Of a DNA stretch of 64,000 nucleotides, positions 54,570 to 64,000 are shown in pieces. The translations under genes and the position numbers were made by a program. Below the pieces are notes generated by a model. That model was given only the letters and a program-made list of their open reading frames with translations. It did no database searches and was not told the DNA's origin. Within the stretch, counting starts at the first letter, position 1, and the number at the start of each line of letters is the position of its first letter. This DNA comes from the human T2T-CHM13v2.0 reference genome, Homo sapiens: NCBI RefSeq assembly GCF_009914755.1, contig NC_060936.1. One strand, 5' to 3'.

Positions 54570-55490
54570 TGTGAGATTTCACTTACATATAGACTACTAT
54601 TTATTGTCAAAAGATTTTTAGCACTCGCCTCTTATCTTAGACCCAGGCTTTTACTTTCAGTTGCCTATAGCACATATCTTTTTAGATATTTACCTTAATT
54701 TTCCTTGCAAAATGTCTAAAACTGGATTTTTTTTAGCATATCCTCCAAACCAAACCTTTTTCTACTTCTCCATTTCTGTCAATAGTTCCTCCCCCGTTTT
54801 TTTTTTTTTTTTTTTTTTTTTTTAAGTTTCATCATGTCTAAAAGCTATGTAGTTATCTCTGAGTATTTCCTCTCTTTCATCGACTAAGGGAACCAAGGCA
54901 TCAAAGTATCAACATTGGTTGAATTTTTTTCATTCAAAATATCTCTCAGATCCAACAGTCCTTCAGCAACACCTTGTTCTAATACATCATCACCACATCC
55001 CACTTCCTGTCTCCTGTTTACATGCATCAAATAATCCTGTGTACTGCAGATAATTTTCCTAAGACACTACTTTTATTAAGCCATTACGCCTGCTACTGCC
55101 TATTTATTAAGACCAAGCTTCAACCTGATAATTGAGAATGCAGAGTGCCTTTCTTTCATGTTTCCTCTGCCAGATTTGCCCTTTTTTAGCTGTTTCCCCC
55201 ATTTATCTGAGTAAACACTCATCCTTCAACAACCCACTTTAATGTCACCTCTTCTATGAAACCTTTTCTGAACTAATTAATCATTTCATCCTCTGTGTTT
55301 TATAGCATCCATCATATTATATTACAGTTTGCTGTTTATCTGTACTTTTTTGTACTTTTTGTTCTACTGTTGAGTTATTTAAGGTTAGGGCCTAGATTTC
55401 GCTGATATATTCATTCCTCAAATGCTGCACAATATCTGGCATAGAGTGGTAATTTAATACATATGTGTTAAATGAATGAATACATAAAAT
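54570..55490 (+). mobile_element. L2 fragments (contains a T27 run at ~54797-54823)
   Basis: ccaaaccttt…atttctgtcaat…aatgtcacctcttctatgaaaccttttctg…atctggcatagag…aatgaatgaat. Confidence 0.7.
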
Positions 55491-56012
55491 AATGGCAGTG
55501 TTATTTTATATGGTATTCATTCTACATATACTCATGTACATATACTCTACATTTACTCACATTTTCTTTACTTTTCTGAAATGCCTTTGTACTAGTCTCC
55601 AAAAATTCAAATGCAATATATTTTTGAAAATAGTTGAATACAAAATGATATACTTGATATTACTGTAACTATTTAAATGTGGGCACATATTCAACCACTC
55701 TAGGTAGTATCTACATTGAAGTGGTGGAATTTATGGTTACTGTTGACATTGAACTTATTTTAAACAGATTTTAAAGTCTCCATTTTGTTTTATTGTGCTG
55801 CTTTTTCAAAGTGTTAGGTCACTTATCATGGTGGCCTTAAAATATGATATAAAATGATAAGTGCCTGTTGAATATTCACCACAAACATTTCAACACGCAT
55901 GTGTACACACTTACATACACATACACACCAAACTTTAAATTTCCTTCAAGAGTCAGATCAAATTTTACTTGTTCCTTTAAATGTTCCACAAATCATTCCA
56001 TTTAACAGTATT

Positions 56013-56364
56013 TATATTAGTCTGTTCTCATGCTGCTAATAGAGACATATGTGAGACTGGGTAATTTATGAAGGAAAGAGATTTAATTGACTCACAGTTC
56101 CACATGGCTGGAGAGGTCTCACAAACATGGCGGAAGGCGAATGAGGAGCTGTCTTACATGGCGGCAGGCAAGTGAGCCTGTGCAGGGGAATTTCCATTTA
56201 TAAAACCGTCAGATCTCATGAGACTTATTTACTATCAGGAGAACAGTTATGTAGGAAATAGCCCCCATGATTCAATTATCTCCACCTGGCACCACCCTTG
56301 ACATGTGGAGATTATTATAATCGAAGGTGAGATTTGGGTGGGGACACAGAGCCAAACCAAATCA
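56013..56364 (-). mobile_element. THE1 (B/C-like) solo LTR
   Basis: tatattagtctgttctcatgctgctaat…gagactgggtaatttat…gagatttgggtggggacacagagccaaaccaaatca; flanks gtatt/gtgtt. Confidence 0.92.
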
Positions 56365-58700
56365 GTGTTGTTTTTCTCAAAATCCCTTTAGCACATTCAG
56401 CCTGTAAGATAAAACTATTATTTCATTCACTATGGCCAAATATTCTGTTTTATCTCTTATCTCACATTAAAGCTAGGATTTCTTTATTTTTAAACTTTCA
56501 TAGTTTCAGGTAGACAGTAGGCAATTAACCAATACTTAATCTTGCTGATATTGTTGATTTTGATGATGATGAGAGCCCCTGCCAGGGCTGACAAGCTAAG
56601 ATCATTTCTCATTTTATAGTGACACAGGTCTTTATAAAAAATTAGCACCTTCTCTGCTGGAAACTCTTTGCAAGTCTGTTAAATTGAGTTTGCTTCTGGC
56701 TAGAATTTTCTTTTTTCCTCCTCAATTTAAGGTATTAGCTATTCTGGGCTTTGTGGGTGTTCTCCTGCCAGGCTTTTTTCTTTGTTCCCCCTCTCTCTTA
56801 ATCCATTTATGCATATAAATATTGTTGTTTTTTTAATTACACAATATCGTTCTCTCCAACAAGGTAGACAGATAAATCGTTTGCTAATGATTTAACACTC
56901 GAAAACTTAAACACTGGTTATTGAAATTCTACTGACTAGGCAAGGTTTGTTTTTGTTTTCCTCCAGAAGCATGAGGCAGTAATATGATATATAATTCATA
57001 TTTCTTTTAACAGGAAAGTTTTCTCTTTGGAATTTACTTTAGATTTTATTTTTTAAATTATATAGCCATTTACTTTATACCATTTAAAAATTACATCTCT
57101 AGCAAACCAAGGTATGTTTAGTAAATTTTAATATTGATCAATATGTATTTATTGTTATCAAATATTAAAATTAAGGTTTAAATAAAGCATCATTTTAAGT
57201 TCACTTTACCTGGTTGTTTTAGATCAGGTACTTGAATGGCTTGTAATAGAGCAGGCAATTGCTGTTTAAATGGCTAAATATTATTTTATCTTCATAATGG
57301 AATCACACTTTTAATTCGTATTTCTTATAAACAAAAGTGTTCATTGGTCAAGTTGAAGTATAATTATAATTTCATTATTTTTCCCATTAATTCAAATATC
57401 AGATAGTTTTCATCTACATTTTAAAATTGAATGAATAACAAGGTCGTATATGTGCTTAAAAATAACATTAAATTTTTTCTTTTGAAATTGATACATAATT
57501 TTTTCTTATTCTCTAAGACTATGCTATTTTTCTGAGATCTTAGTGTTGCTTTTCAGTGGACTTAAATGAACAATGTGAGTATTAATGTTATTAATCTTAA
57601 AATTTTAAAGCATAAGGTCTAATTCTACTCGTTTTAATTTGTCTGGAATTAGGAAATTGGTTTGAGAAGAAATATAGTATTTATGTCATATTTGTCATTT
57701 AATTCAGTCTAAGTTTGAACTTCTCATCTGTGGCCTCTTATGGTCTGGAGAAGCCCTCTGGGACTCAAAGCGTGATTTGATTCAGTCATTACCATATAAT
57801 CCTCTTGGATGGAGCAAAGACCATTGCTGTGAAGCTCTTAGAGCAAGAGAGGACTGAAGAAGTTAAATATATGGGCCATAGACTATAAAACATAATCTAT
57901 TAGAAAACAAACCCTACAGTATCTAGTCGGATACCTAATTAAATAATCAATTAAACATACTAAATCATTGAGCAAATGAGTATGAAAAAAATCTTTCTTT
58001 AAAGCCAGGTTTAAATTACCACACACATTTATGTCCAGTCAACAATTCTTTTCTTGGCGTATTTTTTCTCCATTTCCATTTCTTTAAATCCAGGATTGGT
58101 GCACTCTTAGCTTGAAATTACAACTCACTCAGAAATAACATGCTGTTTATCTGCTGGGCTCAAAACTAGGAGACACCAGGAGTGAGTTCAGAATTAGCTA
58201 GAGCAATTTAAGCGTTGGAGTCTTAATCTCTGTAATGATACTCCTTAGGTCACAACTATCTAGGGGCTATTTAGCCTTCTTTATATTTTGCAATTTCTTT
58301 TTTCTTACTCTCCTCCTTCAATGAAGGCAGGAGGCCAGGAAGACTACTAGCTGCCAGCATTTCTATTAACAAAAACCTAGCTGTTTCTTTAAAGCAGACT
58401 TTCTAAAACAAACAAACCAAAAAACAAAAACAGAGAAGTACTTTTTCCTTAGTTTATTTTTTAACATAGCAAATCAGCTTTCTCCAGAGCAAATACTAAT
58501 GTCTCAACATGCAGAGAATGGAAGTCTTATGATTTTTCTATTTTCATTTCTTCATGGCAATGGATTATTAATACCTATTGATCTCTACTTTATGTCCACT
58601 ATTTTGAATTCCCAAATAACACCCACCAGTATTCTAGCTTGATGTGAAGAGTGCCTTTTATTACTAGTTGTGGTCTCTTGAAATTTTTTCAGAAAATAAA

Positions 58701-58743
58701 TGTGTGTGTGTGTGTGTGTGTGTGTGTTTTGTGTGAGTGTGTG
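58701..58743. repeat. (TG)n microsatellite, interrupted
   Basis: Direct reading. Confidence 0.95.
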
Positions 58744-59232
58744 AAGGGGACAGGAAGGGAGGGAAGGACAGGGAAAAAAAGAGCTGTTCAAATGTTACTA
58801 GAAATCATGGTATGAATAACAGAAGGTTAGTACTTCTTATATTTAACTTACCTAAAAGGTGATTTGGGACTGGAATTATAATGTTTACCCTTGTAAAATG
58901 CACAAATAAGTCTGCATCTTCTCATTGTTGTTATTGCCTGCCCATTGTCCACATTTGCTTTAGCCACTGTTAAAACACAGAGTTCACTGTTTTTATCTAT
59001 TTAGGGACCAATGTAGTGTCCATTGATTTTGTTTCGTGGTGTGCTTAAGTCAACCACCTTCATTTTAGAGTAACTTAAGGAGCATTTTTATTGGGTTCAC
59101 TTTAGAGTTGAGTCATGCCTTGGAAGACTGATGAACATCAGCAATTAAGTGACACACATTATGTTCATGTCATCATATACATATGTCTAACTATGAATCA
59201 CCTATGATATTGCCCCGTCTGCTGTATTGCAG

Positions 59233-59370
59233 GAAAAGCAGAGGTTTCTGACCGATGTTCTGCATGAAGTGATGCTGCTGGACGGTTTGGCCAGTTCCCA
59301 TCCAGTATCACAGGAAGTGCTGCAGGCAACAGATATTGACAGGGTGTTTGACTGGATCGCATATAAAAAG
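59233..59370 (+). CDS. TRHDE: TRHDE internal coding exon (probably exon 6), 138 bp, phase 0->0: EKQRFLTDVLHEVMLLDGLASSHPVSQEVLQATDIDRVFDWIAYKK
   Basis: Acceptor gctgtattgcag, donor AAG|gtggga. SSHP...FD.I.Y.K pattern of M1 peptidases with the transition-state Tyr; matches ORF 59227..59472. Confidence 0.96.
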
Positions 59371-60094
59371 GTGGGAATAAAGAACAAAGTGCCAATTAGA
59401 TATTTCATTACCAAGATAGCTAAACTAATTCATGTTAGATGTATGTATTTTTCTTTTTTTCCGGGCAGATAGACATAGACTGTGATTTAGAAAACAGAGT
59501 CACTAGGTTCGTGTCATTTTATGAGCTACAGCTTTGCTTTAAAAGTTGGCAAAATGGAGATTAATATTTGCCAAATAATGCATAGAAATATTGGAAATAT
59601 TAATCAATAAATATTTGGAGACTCGATATGAAATTGCTCTACAAATGATGTTATGTAAATGTCAGTTTTTATTATTATTAATAAGAGGGCTGACCCATAT
59701 AGTGACAAATTAATTTTCACCAATGCCCTTAAATACTAACTTATTTTGATGGGCTGATGCAAATGGATATAGGTAATGACATGATGCATGCATCTTATAA
59801 ACATTATTTAAAAGAGATTTTGAAAATTAAACATTTCCTGAATAACTAAGCATAACAAAAGAAATTTTAAAATACTAGACTTTCAATGGCAACAAATAAT
59901 TTTGAGCCAATGACTAGATATAAAAATAAGGCAAATATGAATTTTTCCCATTGTTACTTGGATTAGGATTTTTCTTTATATCTGTATCTCTTAGTTGTTC
60001 TAATTTTAACATGATGATGTGCCTCTTAGTGTTTTACATGCACTAGCCACTTAATAATAGTTAAAATAGGATCAAAGTCTGCTGTGATTTTTAG

Positions 60095-60426
<332 letters not shown>

Positions 60427-60519
60427 TGGAATACTATTCTCGATACTCTGTGAGGGATAAAAAGATATCATGAATAACCGCATGGAAATAACTAGGAAGT
60501 TAGAAGTTATACCCTGAAG

Positions 60520-60581
60520 CATTTATTGTAGTGAACACACAAAAAATATTTTGGTTGGGTCCTGTTAGTCCTCCAACTTTG

Positions 60582-60614
<33 letters not shown>

Positions 60615-62480
60615 CTTTGGTCCTTTGCATATGAGTTTAAGAATGAGTTTGTAAACTCCTACAAAGATTATACTGGAATTGCAGGAAATGTGCATTATGT
60701 TTATAAAACAATTTGGGAGACTTGACATCTTAGCAATATTGACTGACCCATGAATACAGTATGCCTCCAGTTCCTTTAGGTCCCCTTTATTTCTATCAAT
60801 GATGTAGTTCTCAGTGAATACATTTTTCATATTTTTTTTCAGATTTATCCCTAAGTATTTTACATTTCTGGGCTATTGTAAATAGTATTATTTTGAAATT
60901 TCATTTCTAATTTTTGTCTTGCTGTACATAGAATGCAATTCATTTTTGCATATTTTTCTGGTACAATGTTAAATAGAAGTGGTGAGAGCAAACCCTTGTG
61001 CTGTTCCTAATTTTAGAAGCAATACCTTCAGTCTTTATCCATTAGGTATGATGTCTCTAAATATTTATAAATGCCTTTTATCAGGTTGAAGATGTTGCAT
61101 GCTATTTTGCCATTGCTAAAAGTTTTAATCAGAAATGGATGTTGACTCAATTCAATGCTTTTCTCCAGAATCTATCAAGATGGTTATATTTTTTTTGTTT
61201 TTTAGTTTGTTAATATGGTGAATTATAATGATTAATTTTTTAATGTTAGACTATCTTTGCATTCCTGAGACAAATGTCATTTAGTCCTAATATATTATCC
61301 TTTTTATAAATTGTTGGATTCAATTTGCTAAAAAAATGTTTAGAAATTTTGCATCTGGGCTAATGAGGGATATTAGTATGTAATTTTCTTTCTTGTAACG
61401 TCTTTCACCTTGTTGTCACTATAGTGCTAGCATCATGCAATGGAAACTATTATCTTTTTCAACTTTCTCGGAGAATTTGTATAAAATTTATATTATGTCT
61501 TTCTTGAATGTTTGTTAGAATTTACCAGTATAGCAGTAGGGACCTGAAATTTTCTTCCTGGGAAGGTTTTTAACTAATGATTTAATTTTGTTAATATATG
61601 GTGGGTTATTTATTTATTTTAATGCGAGCATTGGTAGTTTCTTTCTCACGCACTTCGCCCATTTCATCTAAAATGTTTACTTTATTGACATAAAGTTTTA
61701 CAGGATATATTCCCTTATTATCCCTTTAATAACTGCAGCATCTCTAATCATATAACCTCTTTCATTCCAGATATTGGTAATTTGTGTATTATTCCTTTTT
61801 TTGTGATTTGTCTAGCTGGACATTTATAAATTTTATTGATCTCAAAAAGCATCCTTTGTTGTAATTGATTTTCTCTCTTGTTTTCTATTTCATAGATATG
61901 CTCTCTAATCAATATTTCCTTTTTCTACCTACTTTGAATTTAAATTCTTCTTTTCTCTACTTTCCTAAGGTAGAAGCTGAGGTCATTAACTTGAGACCTT
62001 TCTTCTGTTCCATTTTAAGCCTTTATTCAGTAAATTTTTTCCTAAGTGTACAACTTAGGAAATCTCCCAAATTTTGATATGTTGAAGTTTCATTTTCATT
62101 CACTTTAAGATACTTGCTAATTATCCATTTCATTTGTTAATTGCCTCGTGTCTTATTCAGAGTGTATTATTTAGATTACAAATATTAGAAGATTTTTCCA
62201 GAAAATTTTCTGTTATTCATTTCTTATTTAATTTTATTGTGGTCAGTGAATATACTCTGTATGTCTTGAATCTTCCTAGATTTATTATGGTTTATTTTAT
62301 GGCCCATAAGTTGATATGTGTTGGTAAATGTACTGTATCCACTTCAAAAGAATATGTATTCCACTAGTGTTAGCTAGAGTGTTCTATAAATGCCAGTTAA
62401 GTGAGGTTGGTTGATAGAGTTGTTCGAGTGTTCTGTATCCTTATTGATTTTCTGTCCACTTATTCATCATGCTTTCTTGA
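60520..62480 (-). mobile_element. Old L1M ORF2 fragment(s)
   Basis: Minus-strand ORF 60507..60830 (NIAKMSSLP…KLILKLICK) is L1 ORF2; aatagaagtggtgagagc; ttgttggattcaatttgcta. Confidence 0.85.
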
Positions 62481-62874
62481 TGGGCCTTCATTGTGTGGAT
62501 TCACTCACGTAGTACCAAATCAAACATCTAAAACTGTGGAGAAAAATAGTGACCCAGTTATCTGCTGGCATATCCGAAAAATAATTTTCAAATGTGAATA
62601 TGGAGAAATGAGGGTTAAAACATTGAGGCTGAAATTTCAGGGACTTCATTTTCATAATCTCAGCATCAGGCCTTTATGTAAATTCAGTTTCTTAGCCTTG
62701 TTCTTTGATTTGGCTTCACTCAGTTTCTTCCTATAAGAAAACTAGTATGTGCATAATGAGTAATAACCAATTACTTTGTAAGTGGAACAAAGGTAAACTA
62801 TGTTGGGTTTTGTAGGTTAAACCACATCATTCTGGGATGTATGACAGGTAATATAGATGATTCTGGAGACATAA

Positions 62875-63085
62875 ATAATAACTGCTAACATTTATTACAT
62901 GGATACTCTGTACTAGTCACCGAACTAAGATTTTTACATTTATTATATAATTTAATTCTTATAAGCATCTGATGGGGTTGTTATGATCATAATCCTCACT
63001 TTAAAGGTAAGTATGTTGAGTTATGGTAAATTCAAGGATATGTTTCCCAGAAAATCAGGTTCCAGAGCCAGTATTCTTAATTATT
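62875..63085 (-). mobile_element. MIR
   Basis: gctaacatttattac…tttaattcttataag…aatcctcactttaaagg…ttccagagccagtattcttaa. Confidence 0.65.
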
Positions 63086-63399
63086 TTCATGTTTGATTAA
63101 CAAGTTTGGCTGGAACATTTATTCCAAAATCATTTGATAAGCCTGTGCTTATGTTCTAGGCACTGTGTGCTGAGTAGAAGAGATATAACAATCAATAATA
63201 CACAAAGGAGAGAAAACATATAAATAAACCAGTGCAGTAACATATGAGTGTTATCCAGCAATATTTCCATATTAAATGTTGACACCTACCTGAAGTCATC
63301 TTAAGCCATTTATTCAATCTTGTTGACTAAATAATGGGTAAATTTGATATGTAGTATTAACTTTCAGAATAGTTGAATTACGTATTTACAGTATCATCA

Positions 63400-63800
63400 G
63401 AAATCTACCTTTCTTCAGTTTATTGAATCTCTTTCTCTATCTGACTTAATTTCTAGATGATCCTTAAGATATGCTAAGACTCATCTCATACGGGCCTCAA
63501 TCTTGTGACCCTAATGAGCTCAGAGAAGGAGTAAATTGACTCCCATCCAATAGAAGCTATATCTGTTTCCCCAAAGGGCTATGATTTGTTTTGATTAGGA
63601 AATAGATTATTACTGGCCAATCCTTGTGTCCACAGGGATGGGGTATTCTGACTGGTCAGTGAAGGTCATGAGCTCATCCTCTGTGATGTGAGACAAAAGT
63701 CCCAGAGTGGGTAGGCCCCCTGGGATCACTCAAAGTAGAGGAGGAGCAATTTCTGAAAGAAAATGATCAGTAGAAAAAAGTAATGGATGCCACCTCAGAA
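63400..63800 (-). mobile_element. Old MLT1 (J/K/L-like) LTR remnant
   Basis: ggccaatccttgtgtccacagggatggggtattctgactggtcag…gaggagcaatttctgaaagaaaat. Confidence 0.45.
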
Positions 63801-64000
63801 TCTAAGGAGTTATGACAGAAATATATACAAGATACAGTCACGAGACAGGGGAGTAGAGGGGAACTGTAAAAAAACAAGAAAATCATTCTTTAGAGGAAGC
63901 TCAGAAAAGAAAACTGGTGATTAAGTGGAACATCAAAGAGTTAAACATGATCATAGCAGAATGTGAATTCTGGGTAGCAGATAGGCTGGAAGAATAAGCT

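Noticed and set aside
54797-54823. Orphan T27 run (also A/T runs near 38660, 41060-41125, 41297, 60585)
   Set aside because: No TSD or element body; most likely slippage expansions.
59198-59414. Antisense ORFs over the third exon
   Set aside because: Shadow ORFs of the coding exon with no independent support.

Overview
Primate (very probably human) genomic DNA: AT-rich, with Alu and L1PA elements. The window is almost entirely intronic and lies inside TRHDE (TRH-degrading ectoenzyme / pyroglutamyl peptidase II, M1 zinc aminopeptidase) on the + strand. Three internal coding exons are present: 29494-29648, 32803-32916 and 59233-59370, probably exons 4-6 (numbering from memory). They splice in frame at AG/GT sites and encode AAMEN, HEICH-X18-E and the catalytic Tyr region. 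The rest is a fossil record of transposable elements (L1PA, L1M, L2, L3/CR1, MIR, Alu, MaLR/ERVL LTRs, hAT MER5/MER102) plus microsatellites. Nearly all listed ORFs are repeat-derived or chance. I found no new gene or multi-gene system. The most unusual structures are: (1) a multi-step templated insertion at ~9.8 kb that made a ~95%-identical 99-bp inverted repeat; (2) a twin-primed, 5'-inverted L1 missing ~2.9 kb at the inversion junction; (3) an inverted-Alu layout suited to nested back-splicing of the catalytic exons; (4) a weak donor overlapping AATAAA with in-frame read-through after the third exon. Repeat subfamily names and boundaries were recognised by eye and are approximate unless target-site duplications (TSDs) are given.
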